64,000 nucleotides of DNA from Microthyrium microscopicum. Its lineage: Eukaryota. The notes beneath the pieces are model-generated. The model saw only the letters and a program-made list of their open reading frames with translations, had not been told where the DNA came from and made no database searches. Numbering within the stretch: the first letter of the stretch is position 1; every line of letters starts with the position of its first letter. This document shows, in pieces, positions 39,935 to 53,183 of this stretch. The DNA lies in the NCBI GenBank assembly GCA_010405405.1, contig MU004231.1:1929784-1993783 (forward strand), read 5' to 3'. The position numbers were made by a program, and so were the translations under genes.

Positions 39935-41517
39935 ATGGAATCAACAGACATCGATATCGGCGACCTCACACCTGTCCAACAGGCTGCGCTGGAACAATAC
40001 ACGGCAGTGACAGGTCAAGATGTCGAAGCTGCGATACCCCTTCTCCAACGAGCGCAGTGGAATACTCAGGTAAGGCTTACCCTATCTCATATTCTGGGCT
40101 CACAACTCATCTCTATTAGATTGCCATTACCCGTTTCTTTGACGGCGAACCCGAAGTAGACCCAGTTCAAGAAGCCTTGAGTGCTGCAGCTCCTCAAGAC
40201 ACTCGCCGGCAAGAGACATTGGCCGAATCACTACAGTTCTCACGTCACAGATCGAGAATACCTCCAGCGCCTCGAATAGTACCACCTCCAAATCCCGAAT
40301 TAAATTACCGTCCCGGGTTTCCCTTCAACATCATACTCGCCCCCTTCAGCCTTGCCTCATATATCCTTACTAGAGTCTTTCGCATTTTTGCTCCTCTAAT
40401 TCCGTTCCTCCCAACATTACTTGCTCGATTAAAGTCACAAGATAGCACACGCGTGTCCAACCGAAGATCCCTGAAACCGCGAGACACAGCAGCAAGATTC
40501 ATCCGAGAATTTGAAGAGCAATACGGCTCCAACCAGCTACCTTTCCGCGAGCTCGGTTATGCTCACTCCCTAGACGAGGCTAAGCGCGATCTTAAATACC
40601 TCCTCGTAGTCATCCTTTCCCCTGAACACGACGATAATGACTTATATGTACAAGAGACATTACTTGCCCCGGAGGTCATTGCCTTTGTGCAGAATAAAGA
40701 CAGCAATATAATTCTCTGGGGAGGTTCAATACAAGACTCGGAGGCATATCAGGTGGCCACTGCTTTTAATGTCACCAAATTTCCATATGCAGCTCTCATC
40801 GCAAGCACGCCTAATTCGAGCTCATCTAGCAGTTTCGCCACCTCAGGAACTGGTATGGGCATTATTGCGCCTCTATCTGGACTTTTACCTCCTGCAGAAT
40901 TTCTTTCCAAAATACGGCGCGCCATGGATTCACACATGCCCGAAATCAATCGCCTACGCTCGGAACAGGCGGAACGCAACGCAACTCGAAGCATTCGTGA
41001 ACAGCAGGACAGCGCATATGACCGGAGTCTAGCCAAGGACCGCGAACGTGCGAAGCAAAAGCGGGAGGAGGAAGAAAAGCGCAAACAAGAAGAAGAAAGT
41101 GAGCGCAAAGCCGAAGAACAACGCGAGCAAGCAGCGCACAAATCCGAAGGTTGGAAGATGTGGCGCGCAGTGCGAATCAAGCCAGAGCCCAGCACCAGCG
41201 ACCAGAATGCCGTGCGAGTCAGCTTACGGCTACCTGATGGCTCTCGCGCCATGCGGAAATTTGAAGGCAGTGCGGAGGTTGAAGAAATATACGCATTTGT
41301 TGAATGCGCCGAGCTGCTTGACAGCGCAGTGTTGAGTAAAGAAATAGCTAAACCTGAGGGCTATGATCATCAGTACCCATTCAAGCTGGTGAGTCCGATG
41401 CCCCGGACCGTGTACGATATCAACAGCCAAGGCACGATTCGAGAGGTCATTGGGCGGAGCGCAAATCTCATTGTCGAGCCTATTGATGTTGATGATGAGG
41501 ACGATGACGATGTATAA
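39935..41517 (+). CDS. UBX2: UBA-UAS-UBX domain Cdc48 adaptor (Ubx2/FAF2-like), ~510 aa
   Basis: UBA-like ALEQYTAVTGQD...AQWNTQIAITRFFDG, hydrophobic hairpin, UAS domain (WGGSIQDSEAYQVA), IREQQDSAYDRSLAKD coil, UBX (RLPDGSR...SPMPR). Intron 40070-40119. Confidence 0.85.
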
Positions 41518-41959
41518 ACTCCTTTTATGAGCATTTACCTCAGTTCATGGACATATTCTGTCTTGTCTTATTACCTAGAAGATTATTTGTGATCAGACAC
41601 GCCATTTGCAAACTTTAGACTGTTAGAAAGAGCACTAGCCGCTACTACTTGAATGTTGGCATATGAAGCATTGTATAATTATATTTCATTATTTTGCATG
41701 ATCTACATTCTGCTTCTAGGCATTGCTTCACCGAGTGAACGATCCTTGAATTTCTTCCTCAAAGCTCAAACTCTAGGGCGTGCTTGTACTGGCGTGGAGA
41801 CTACCCTACTCTAGGTAAGGAGGATGGTGACTCACTACTTGTCCACCAGTAGAGAACTTCTCGCCCATCTTCAATTGCGGACTTGAGTTCTATCACAAAC
41901 CCAATCCTCGGAGTACAATTACAAAATTCGTCTCAATTCGTCCCAGAACTACCCTCAAA

Positions 41960-42693
41960 ATGGCCTTTCGCATCGAGCCCCTGACCGATGCAGACAAGGA
42001 TGACTTTATGCGAATCCATTATGACGCATTTGAATCAATTTTCCAGGTTTTCTACCACAAACGACCATCCCCAGAGGGATTCAAAATCATGGCAGAGGAG
42101 CGCACCAAAGTCCTCGGGTCACCAGCCACTCGTGCGTTCAAGGCCGTAGATTCGGAAACTGGAAAGATCGTGGCTGCTTCGGTTTGGAAAAGATATCCAG
42201 AAGGAAGATCAAATGAAGAATTTCTGGCCGAATTGGACTCAACAAGCAATTTTGCACCAGAGCAGAACGTTGAAGCTTGGAAGGCGGTGTCAGCTCACCT
42301 TTTGCAATTGAGGATGAATATCATAGGCGCTAGACCACATTTGTTCTTGTCTGGGCTGATCGTTGATCCTGAGTACCAAGGAAAAGGCATTGGTAAACTT
42401 TTGATGCAATGGGGAGTTGAAGAGGCGGATAGGTGAGTAATGCTTACATTAAGATTTCAGTAAGCTGACTTAGCCAGGTATGGACTTTTTGGATACATCG
42501 AATCGAGCGAAGCAGGGAAGCCATTATACGCAAAATACGGATTTAAAGACCTTTGCGCCGTTGACTTTGATATTACCAGATGGGGCTATAGTGATTTCCA
42601 AGTTAATACCGTGAGTAAAGTTCTGGGTTCGTCAGTAAGGAGATCTAATCCGGATAGATCATGGTTCGGGAGCCGAAAGCAATTGGGGCGTAA
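41960..42693 (+). CDS. GNAT-family N-acetyltransferase
   Basis: Motif A VDPEYQGKGIGKLL and motif B ESSEAGKPLYAKYGF. Introns 42433-42477 and 42611-42657; ends IMVREPKAIGA*. Confidence 0.9.
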
Positions 42694-43593
42694 CATAACG
42701 GTTATAGATCCCCAAGTTCGTATTTCAGAATAGTAGCTTATCATTAGAATTTATTGGGAGTCAATTTACTTGCAGTCAACTGACAAGTCATCTCTACTAT
42801 TTATGGCGCTTGCCATATGTGCCAGAAATTTTAGGAAAGAGCACCTAAGAAGCCGGCACGCTAAGGGCGCCACGTTTTCGAGCCACGCGCGTTTGGCGGC
42901 CCAACCCAGTTAGCCGAAACTTTAAACCAACCTCTCAACTTCATGAAACATAACCTCAACTACAGTTCTTGACAGTCGTGAGACTTGAGCACATCTACAC
43001 ATCATTTCCCAATGGCATATCGAAAGCAGCTCATTGCACAGAGCTGCAGTTCAGAATTAGTTCAAAAGAGTCGGCCTCCGAGATGATCAATGCATCATCC
43101 CTGCTTGCATACATGCACACACTCAGCCGCAGCGGCAAAGCAATGCACGCAGGATTCTTTGGCGCTTAGGCAGGCACGTTGTCTATTTTCAAAAACCCGA
43201 CTTATTTTCTCTCTCTGTACCACATGAACACACCAATGACTGGCTTCAGCTGTTGATTAGCCGAGACCCTGACTGTTACGACTGACTAGAGTTCTGGCTC
43301 AAAATATGCATACCTACAAAGCCAGGTTATGGCTCAGTCAGTATACCTAATAGGCGCATGGTATGTTTCAGGTCATTTTCTGGGTCTACGCTAGTATAGT
43401 GCCAATCACTCTATCATATCTGGCGGCAAGCCTGAGCCCAAATACAATCATTTTGGGGTCTAACTAAATATGAATGGATCCAATACAACATTTCAGCTCG
43501 TTGAGTAGTAGCTCGCATGGCTTTATGATTGCAGAAAAATGCTTGCGGCGAGCCACATTGATTCCGCCATACCATCGAACAAAATTGACAATT

Positions 43594-45466
43594 ATGAATC
43601 GGAGCCCACCAGAGTTAAGGATATCCTGGAATCCTGCCTTGGCTCAAGAGGAAGAAGAACCCAAAGGCTTCTGGACAAGATGGTTTGTTGATTGGTGGGC
43701 CTTCGAGATACTGAGTTGGCTTTTCAGCGCAATTTGTGTTGTAATCATCATAAGCGTCTCTCTCAAGTACGATGGTAAACCGGTCCCACAATGGGCAGGG
43801 CTGTCATTCAATGGACTTCTTTCGACGCTATCGGCATTCTTCAAATCAGCTCTACTCCTTCCTACCGCTGAGGCTTTAGGACAGCTAAAGTGGGACTGGT
43901 TCAACAACAAACCCAAGGCTATGATAGATTTTGAGGTTCTTGACAAAGCCAGTCGAGGCGCCTGGGGCTCATTTATGTTGATATCCCGTTCAAAAGGGGT
44001 GTAAGTACTATGAACACCACGACTAGTCCTTCCGGATTGCTTAACTGATGCATCCAAGTAACCTCGCCACTTTCGGTGCAGCAATTATTCTGCTGTCTTT
44101 GCCGTTAGATTTTTTCTTTCAGCAATTTATACAATCTCCAGCTGTATGGGTTCAGACAAACAACGCCACATTGGCAAGATCAGTATATTACGATCCTAGC
44201 CCTAGTGTATATTTTCAGAATGGACAAATGATCATTGACCCAGATGTCTAGATGATTTCCGTTCTGTACTCGAATATGGGTCTCATTGACCCTCTGCCTG
44301 TTCAAGCAAATTATTCGTGTCCAACGAGCAAGTGTACGTGGGCTCCGTTTGATACGCTGGCAATTTGTAGCACCTGCAAACCAACACCCAGCATTCTGAC
44401 CTACAGCTGTCAAGAAACTGCAAATGACTGGATGTTCAAGTCAGAAGTCGTGCCCGGTACCTTTGGCAATGCTACTTCCTGTGGCTGGTTTCTGAATCCT
44501 CCAGCCGGCCCGCCAGTTCTGATGAGTGGAGTCGGTTTCAATCAGACAGTCGACAATACGTCACAGATACTTGTCTCCCGAGTCTTACCTTTAACTGACC
44601 CTTGGACTAGAGAGCATATATATCCCAACGGTACACTCAACTTTAGTGACCTTGATGTGCCTATTGGGGACTTCTTTGTAGCAGCTTCACCAGACGCCGC
44701 GGCCGTCCTTTTGCAACGGGAACCTGAACTGCACGAGTGCGCCATGTGGTGGTGCGTGCAAACAATGCATTCTGAGGTTGTAGGCGGTAGACTCTCCGAA
44801 GTAGTAATGGATAGTCGTCCTGTCCCCGCAACAAACCCTACGGGCCCATGGCTAACTCCAGCGGTTTTCAATACAGAGTATAACTTAACGCTCCAAGACT
44901 CCCACTCGCGAAGTAATCTTTCGATCTTCGGTACCGGCAACTGGACAGGAAGGGAGACCTTGGATGTTATTCAGACTTTTGCCCCCTCAACATGGGTTTC
45001 AGAAGATCCTGATGTTAATTCGACCTGGGGCAAGTTTGCTTGGAGAGGAGGAACCACTAATTCACAATTGGTGCCTGATGACACAAATCCCTGGCTTTCT
45101 ACCACCAATGTTAGTGCAACTATTGATCGATTTGCAAAGCTGTTCTCAACAACTCTGCGAAGGACAGCTCATGGCACTACACATCAATTTGAGACGGTGT
45201 CCGGAAGGGCATACGAGCAAATAGAGCATGTGAGGATTGTATGGGCGTGGATCACTTTGCCTTTAGTTTTGCTTGCGTTCAGTCTTGGTTTTCTGTCCGT
45301 CACAATATGGAGAAGCTCCAATGCAGAAAATACTGGTGTTTGGAAAACTTCAGCGCTTGCTGTCCTGTTCAAGGGGCCCAGTGAGCGCATTCAAAATGCA
45401 ACGGATTCGGCGAGCAGAATGAGACGCCATGCTACAAAAGTCCGCGGCAAGCTCGAAGATGTATGA
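43594..45466 (+). pseudogene. DUF3176 membrane protein copy 1 with in-frame TAG at 44249-44251
   Basis: LGQLKWDWF, DKASRGAWG, CPTSKCTWAPFDTLAICSTC, ECAMWWCVQT, WKTSALAVL. Phase-2 intron 44001-44058. Start uncertain (43474 possible). Confidence 0.8.
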
Positions 45467-46430
45467 TAATATAATCTCACGATTTATGTTACACAAAACT
45501 TTTGGTCCAGATAGCTGGTCTCACTTACCTACATAAGCTCTATCGCCGAAGTAGCTATAATTTGCTGTCATCTGACACACCTCACTTCTCATTGTGCACC
45601 CGTGAAATCTGAGTTCTTTTGTCTCTGCCGCAAAGACCCTCCGTCATCAAGCTATTATAAATTATCATGTAATCATCCCGATTTCACCCAACAACAAATA
45701 ATGCTGTTCTAGCCATCATAACGAAGAACCGACTTGAAGTCCCCCTTTAGGCGTGTTACTTACCTGAGGTAGGTGCAACCCAAATAGTGTCCAAAGTCGG
45801 CTTTATAGTGGGATCCTGAAACAAGCTTGGTAAACGTTTAATTAGCTAGATCATGTATGTTCAGCAATACTACTCTAATTAGATGTAGTGTGTCCTCTCT
45901 TCTATATGTGATCAATTTTCTTCGCTGCTACTTGGAAACAATGCTTCAAATTTCTATTATAGAACAAAAGCACTATGTGTATAAACCTTAACTGAAATTT
46001 AAGGCAAGGCAGCTTAAACTTTTATACTTTATTAATTCAAAAGCTGACTCAAAAAAGTCACGCCACTTGAAGGCTCTTTAACCCTGTAATTTGGACGCAC
46101 TTTTTGCATGCCCTTGTGCACGCCCTTAGACAAAACGGACTATTTTGGGGGAAATTATTGGCTAAACTGCGAATATGTCATAAGAGATATACGGTATCTC
46201 TCAAATCGCATCGAGTCCAAATCCTTACCGCCTCTAAACCTGTCGCGGCGGGGAGTAATGACAGCGGCTGTTGATACATTATCAGAGAACCCAATCCAGT
46301 AGATTAAGGGCTGACTTGCGCACTTCAATGCAAGAGTCAGGTCACATTAGTCGGTTATGTGATTCGAAGTACTTAAGATGTGCCGCTATAGCTTTAACCT
46401 GGACAAAGAACCTGCATCAATTCCCCCAAC

Positions 46431-46631
46431 ATGTACAGACCCACTCTTGTCTTCGTTATTATATCCACCTTGGTATTCAGCGCCATATCAGCTCCAACCA
46501 ACAAACCAAATGCTCAAGAATCTGGAATCGGCATGACCAATGCGGCTTCGCAACAAGATAATCTGAAAAAGAGAGATGGCTTCACCGATGTAGCTTCACA
46601 GAACAACAATATGCTCGGACCGCCGATGTGA
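46431..46631 (+). CDS. Small secreted peptide precursor (66 aa) with KKR Kex2 site and two related motifs
   Basis: Signal peptide MYRPTLVFVIISTLVFSAISA|AP-like cleavage; GMTNAASQQDNL-KKR-DGFTDVASQNNNM. Confidence 0.65.
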   Translation: MYRPTLVFVIISTLVFSAISAPTNKPNAQESGIGMTNAASQQDNLKKRDGFTDVASQNNNMLGPPM

Positions 46632-47058
46632 TGTAAGCCGCATAACACTCAACTGCTGTAAGTTGTTGACGGTCACTCTCATTCTGCCGTAACTGATTAA
46701 CAAATTGATCATAGTGGGTGTTAATATCAATTCAACGATGTTTCCTTGCCAACTTCCCAAAGCAGAAAGCTCTCATAGGCGCACCAGATTATTGACTTAC
46801 ATATCCATCTACAGCTTGATAAAACCAATTCTATCATATTCATTTCCTAGTTCTTGTATCTCTGACGTTTTGAAGCTGAAGAAAGTTCTCGAACTGACAA
46901 GTCGGTTTATGATAGAGCACAGTGACCAATGTTAATCCTACACATAAGCATGATCCTGTAATGTTATTATAAGATATTCAAGAGATTGAGCTACGCTGAT
47001 TCCAGGTAATCATTTACTTCAAGACTACTCAGATTCTTATCCTATATGTATAATTTAG

Positions 47059-49810
47059 CTACCTCACAGCCCATAACTTGATAGTTTTATCTCCAGATGC
47101 GGATGCAAGAACAAAGCCATCTGGCGAAAAAGCCACACTCCTGACTATCTTGCTATGACCACTGAATGTCTGTCTAGGAGTCTCTCCCCGCCTCAAGTCC
47201 CAAACTTTGACGGTTGTATCAGCTGAAGCAGAGGCTACCAGATAGCCATTGGCAGAGAAGGCTATACCACGGATCGAGTCAGTATGACCATTGAGTGTTT
47301 GTTGTGCGTACTTTAGCCGGCTATCCCACAACTTGATGGTACCATCCGCAGATCCCGAGGCCAAAAGCCCGCTTGCTGAAAAGGCCACACCATAAACATA
47401 GTCACAGTGACCTTCTAGTGTTTGCTGCAAGTCTCCTCGTAGTGTGTCCCAAAGCTTTATAGTCTTATCACCCGATCCAGACGCTAAAATAGTCCCGTCT
47501 CGAGAGAAGGACACATCTCGCACCACATTGTCATGCCCCTTTAGAGTATGACTTTTGGTACCTGACCGTAAATTCCACAGCTTCACAGTTTGATCTGTTG
47601 ATGCGGAAGCCAGTCTCGATCCATCAGGTGAAAACTCAAGTCCCCACACTGAGTCATTGTGTCCGTTTAGTGTCTGTTGTTCGACTCCCAACTGCGCGTT
47701 CCAGATTTTAATGGTCCTATCCATCGACGCTGACGCCATTGTTAAGCCATCAGGTGAAAATTTCACATCTCGAACCGCGTTCTCGTGTGACTCAAGAGTA
47801 TACCGCTCCGCTCCTAGGCGCAAGTCCCACAGCTTTACACTTCTATCGGCTGAACCGGATGCGACGAACAAGCCGTTTGGAGAGAAGGCCACGCTCCACG
47901 TAGAGTCAAGATGGCCTTTGAGGGTTTGCTGTTTTTGCGCCGGTATGCTTCTCCACCAACCCGCCTTTTTGCTTTTGAGTAATGGCTTTGTTGCGATGAC
48001 ACATTTCTCGCCGAGCAGATTGCTTGATATTCTACACGCTAGACTTTTTGAAGAAGCGTTTGGTAGACCCTTTTTGAATAGGGTGAAAGACTCCTCGTTG
48101 ATATATGAGTCATCGTAACCATCGTGACTATCGTGACGAGTTCTTGATGATTGATGAATTGCTATTGTTTGAACTTGTGCCCGGGAGCCGGTAAGCATTC
48201 TGTTATCTGGTTGCTTTGCGGATTGTTCCAGGGACTCCTCAGGCCCATCATTTCCATCCCCTGGCCTTGCTTCGACTTCCATGGCCTTTAGGCAATACAA
48301 CTGTATGGGACTGGTTTCTGACTGGGAAAGCTGGCACAGAATGGCATGATATATCCCTGCATCGTTGTCTCTACCGCACAGCTGAAGTATACGAATGAGA
48401 TTTCGCAGAGCCTGTAAGCAGCAATCTAGCTGGCGGGGATATTGCTTTCTGAATCCCTTATAGGCTCGCCGAGCATAGAGAAGAGCTTCTGTCAAATGGC
48501 TTTTCTCCACCAAGATTTCTGAAAGCATCAAAGTATCTTGAAGATGAGGAGCGCAGCTTTCAAGAACATCGGAGGAGGCCACAAAAGCAATCTTCTCCCT
48601 CAGCAGCTTTTCCGCTTCGTCCCACTTTCGTTGTGCTTTAAAGGCGAGAATCAAGCATGACAAGACCTCAATATGTAGAAAATGGAGGTCTTCATTGTTT
48701 CTCCTTCTTTTTTTCTTCTTAAGCCACTTGACACAACTTTTTAGATCCGCTTCAGCCTCGCTGGATTTGCTTGCGTGAAGTTTGGCTTTGCCTTGCTGAA
48801 ATAGTGCGAGAATAAGTTCCGATTCTTCCTCGTCAGCTGGATCTCCATCGCTTGCTACCTCCGTTTGTTCATCGCCATGTCGATCTCTTTTCATGAAGGC
48901 ATTGGAGGAATGATCAGAAGCGTCATCAATAGAAGTTCGTTCATGTGATTTGATCCAGTCAATCATCAAGGTGTTCGGTCGGGGAAGAAAAGCTTCTCCA
49001 AAATCTGACAAGCAGAGAGTGTTTCGTTGACCATCATTGCCGTTACTGACTACAGTTGACGCCGAAGAAACCACACTGGCTGCAGAATTCAAACAGGTGC
49101 GTAGGTGATCCAATTGTTTGAATTGTGCGGATTGTTTCTTTGATGTACGCTCCTTGTTTCCAAGCTGGGTGTTTGATTTCATCTTTTCTTCCATGGAGGC
49201 TAGTCGATAGTTCATGTCAATAGCCAGCTCCTGTATCGTTGAATTTACTTGATTCAAAGTTGGGAGCCCAACCTGAAGAGCTTCGCTAGTAGAAGCTTGG
49301 TGCCATCTAGTGATTGTTTGGTCAGCAATAGATTCTGGGGTCACTGATATCTGTGTCAAGGACTTACAACAATGTCGTTTGTAAGGAAACCTGAATTGTA
49401 TCTTTGTAGGAGCGTATCTGCTGCTGATATACAGCAATTTCATGGGTGGCCGCATGGAGTCTAATGTGCTTTCGCGTAGAGTCTAAGAGATTCACATGCT
49501 TGTTGACGCGTACAATTGTGGTCTGAAGCGACTTGAGCGTTCCTTCCGCATCATCCAAAGACGTTTGAAGATGGCGCCAATGTGAGGTTAGACTTCCCTC
49601 AGATCTTAGAGAACTCTTTACTTTCGGTTCATCGATTATGTCTGTAACTTGGTCCAATATCTTCTCGAAGGCCGTGACTTCTTGCAGAAGCCCATTAATT
49701 GCTGTCCCAACTAATTTCGTGCCGCTAATAAATTTCTTCAACTCCCAGCCGAGCCCGCTGCAGAGGCTTGCAATGGTGAGCGACGAGACGACAATTGATA
49801 AGGGATCCAT
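47059..49810 (-). CDS. Fungal N-terminal (HeLo-like/STAND N-term) domain, TPR-like helices and 7 HET-type WD40 repeats, ~896 aa
   Basis: MDPLSIVVSSLTIA N-terminus; phase-2 intron 49367-49307 joins the ORFs; seven ~42-aa TLxGH...VAFSPDG..LASxSxDxTxKxW repeats. Confidence 0.85.
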
Positions 49811-50520
49811 GAGTTGGTAAGTTTATCAAAAATTCCATTGCAAACAGATCATTCCAAGTGATGAAAGCTGGACTACACTTGATGAACAAGAACGTTTGAC
49901 GCAAGAATCAGATTTAGTTGAACTTCTCCTTAGCTCAAAAGTTAATGATCATCTCGAAGATAGTGGAGCCGCTACTCGAGGCGCTATAGATAGCGCGTAA
50001 AGGCTGGATGGCGGCCCGCGCCTCGATCTAGGCTGTTTTGGGATGTTTATGTTTCAGATTGCTGCATGTCGAGCGTTCAGCGCTTGTTTAAGCTCTGCCA
50101 TTTGCGCTTGGCTTTGCGGCGCCTTGGGTCCTGCGAGGCGATCATTCACTCACTCATTCCTAATGGGCCAAAATGCCATCAGCCGACTTGCTTTCAAGCT
50201 TTACTGCAAGCCTACCCAGAACAGAATTGTGTACTTGGTGCTAATGGCGATCGCTTAGAAAGTAGAAGTACTTCCTAGTAAGATGTCTTAGATATGGTCT
50301 TTATTGGCCAGTCAGACAGGTGCCGTGCTTATACAGACTCTAACAAAACTAAAGTTTTTCTCTATCACCTATTAGTGCCTGTTTATGCAGCTTTATCATG
50401 TGCTGTGGTTGACCTCCAGAGTTCCTCGTCTTTCGCAACATACTTCAGCTCTGGCAGAAGCGCAACAGTGTAACTTATACATCTAGACAAAACCGGATCG
50501 CAAAAGCTCAGAAAACGAAA

Positions 50521-52619
50521 ATGGCTGGCCAGCCTTCTATCTCTGAGCAAGCAAGCCCACAATCTCCTACCAGTCCAATACCTGAGCCGGATACTCAATC
50601 AATAACCTCAACTCGTCAATACTCTGATAATGGTCTCAGCATAAACAACGACACATATTATGCAGAAACAAAATCTTCAGGCTCTTTTCAGACTTTCTAT
50701 ATCGCCTCGCAGCAACGAAAGTCTATAGGATCAAAACCTTCCGAATCATCTGCACAAAACCATGAACACTTGGAGATGGACCAACCCGGCTTCTGGAGAA
50801 AATGGTTCCTAGAATGGTGGGGAATTGAGCTTCTGAGCTTAGGCTTCAGCGCACTATCTATGGTTATTATCCTGATAGTACTTGCGCAATATGATGGCAA
50901 AGGACTACCTCAATGGAAACTCGGCATTTCAATAAATGCTTTTATATCCATCTTTGCTGGATTTACCAAATCGGCTCTTTTACTCCCCACTGCACAGGCT
51001 CTTGGCCAGTTGAAATGGAATTGGTTTACCAAATCTCGCCCTATGCACGATTTTGAGCTCTTGGACAGTGCTAGTCGAGGGCCTTGGGGCGCTCTACTCC
51101 TCCTTGGTCGCATGAAAGGAATGTGAGTTACATCTTTGTTAGGTTCGTTCTTTAAAGAGTTGACTAATTCCTTCAAAGTACACTGGCGTCCATTGGGGCT
51201 GCTATAATTCTGCTTTCTGTACCGCTTGATCTTTTCTTTCAACAAATAGTGCAGTTTCCTACGGTCTGGATTGTATCTGGGGATGCAACCCTCGCTCGGA
51301 CAATCTATTACAACCCGGTTCCAAATGAATACTATGTACAGGACGATACTGTTTACTCGCCAGATCCTACTACTGATTCTGCGGTTGAACCACTTATTTG
51401 GTCAACGGGCAATCCTCAGCAAGTTCGTTCCAGCTGCCCCTCTAGAAGATGTACGTTTGAACCGTTTGAGAGCCTTGGGGTGTGTAGTTCATGTATCGAA
51501 CTACCCGACTTACTCAAATTTGGTGTTCGAAATGTTGTTGACAATTGGTCTGCGGATTCGGTGGCTAACCCAAACTTGGATAATCTCACAAACACGCCAT
51601 CTGTCGGATGGTATTTGGAAGCACCTGGTCAAGATCCGATCCTGATGGCAGGATATTCTTATCAGTCGAATGATACCTTAACTCCCAAGTCCATCCTCAG
51701 AGGAAGGATTGAACCCATGCGGGAAATGTTCACCAGACAAGCAAGATTCCCCGGTGGGACCATCAACTTTCACAACATTACAAATCCATTGGCAGACTTC
51801 CTCATTGCATTCAATCTGGGAATTTTAGGTAGCTCGGATAGTGGGATATTTAATCAGACGCCCGTTGTTCACGAATGCGCTCTGTATTGGTGTGTACAAA
51901 CCATACAGGCTCGCTTGGAGGGCGGGATCATTGCTGAAAACATCACTGCCACCCGCCAGCTTGTTTCAAGCCACGCTGATGATCCGTGGGACCCGGATAC
52001 TAAGACGTTTCTGACAAATTTCACACTCACAAAGCCTGACTTACAGAACCCGAAGGGAGCGCTATTAAACTTCGGAGTCAGCAATATCACAACTCGCACA
52101 ACGATCCAGGTTTCAGAAATATTCTCTCCTTCTAGCTGGACAGAGTTCAATGGTGACACTACGATGGCGAAAGTGAATTGGAGAGGCAACCCATTCTACA
52201 ATCGTCCCGTTGCAAATTCAGCGAACCCATGGAGCAGTCACAACGATCCAGTCGCGCATGTTGCAGCGATTGCTGAAGAGATGAGCAAGGCAATGCGGAA
52301 CACTCCCCAAGGAGCGACTGATACATACGATCTTGTGATTGGAAAAGCATGGGAAGAACAGATCCGAGTGCATATTATATGGGCTTGGATCGTACTGCCA
52401 GCGGTGCTAATGGCTATAAGTTTTGTTTTTCTGGCAGCGACAATGGCTCGAAGTTCAAGAGATGATTTCATTGGAATTTGGAAGACTTCGGCGTTAGCAA
52501 TCTTGTTCAACGGTTTTGGGGATGATGTACAGAGGAAGATAGGAGGCTCTTCTACGGAACGTTTAGGACAAGCCAAAAGAACGGCTAAAGATTTGACCGT
52601 CAGATTAGAAGAGGACTAG
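50521..52619 (+). CDS. DUF3176 membrane protein copy 2, ~680 aa
   Basis: LGQLKWNWF, DSASRGPWG, CPSRRCTFEPFESLGVCSSC, ECALYWCVQT, WKTSALAIL. Phase-2 intron 51123-51178. Confidence 0.85.
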
Positions 52620-53183
52620 TGAGAAAACGCAATATCTTCAGTCTGAGTAGCTTAACAAAAACCATTTCAGCAGACATGTCTGATTTGCTAAAGTTGGCCA
52701 AGTGGCATTGAAAATCATGCAGATGTCCAGTTCTGTTTTGGGAACGTGGATGAGGCTGACTGCGGCGATGTAGGCGCTTAGCCAGAAATTCCATCTGAGG
52801 GGCCGCTTTGGAGGCGTCTGCAGGATGCAGCTGCATTAGTCCTCTGTAAAGTAGTACTTACAAGGTATAGGTTCCTTCAGGTAGACCGCTTGAACCAGGC
52901 GGCTATGCATCTATAAACTCCAATGCGGCTACAAGGCAATGTTGCGATGGAATGAATAATAGTGTAGAGATTCTTTCTTGTTTATGCGTAAGACTCCTAG
53001 AGCAATGTTCTATAGCATACTGTGCAGATTGCAAAGAAAGGAAGTGGTTGACCTCGCTGCTTTCTGATTTGCTTTAGTATAGACTGGTCTATTGGATCTT
53101 GCATTTCTTCCATCATTGTCTTTTCACTCCTTATGCTGGTATACTACAATCTGATCATTGTGCTTTGATCTCTATTCCAGAAC

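Noticed and set aside
2060..44251. TAG reassignment (alternative genetic code) suggested by two in-frame TAGs
   Set aside because: TAG is the normal stop of other genes here (DUF3176 copy 2 and the WD40 gene).
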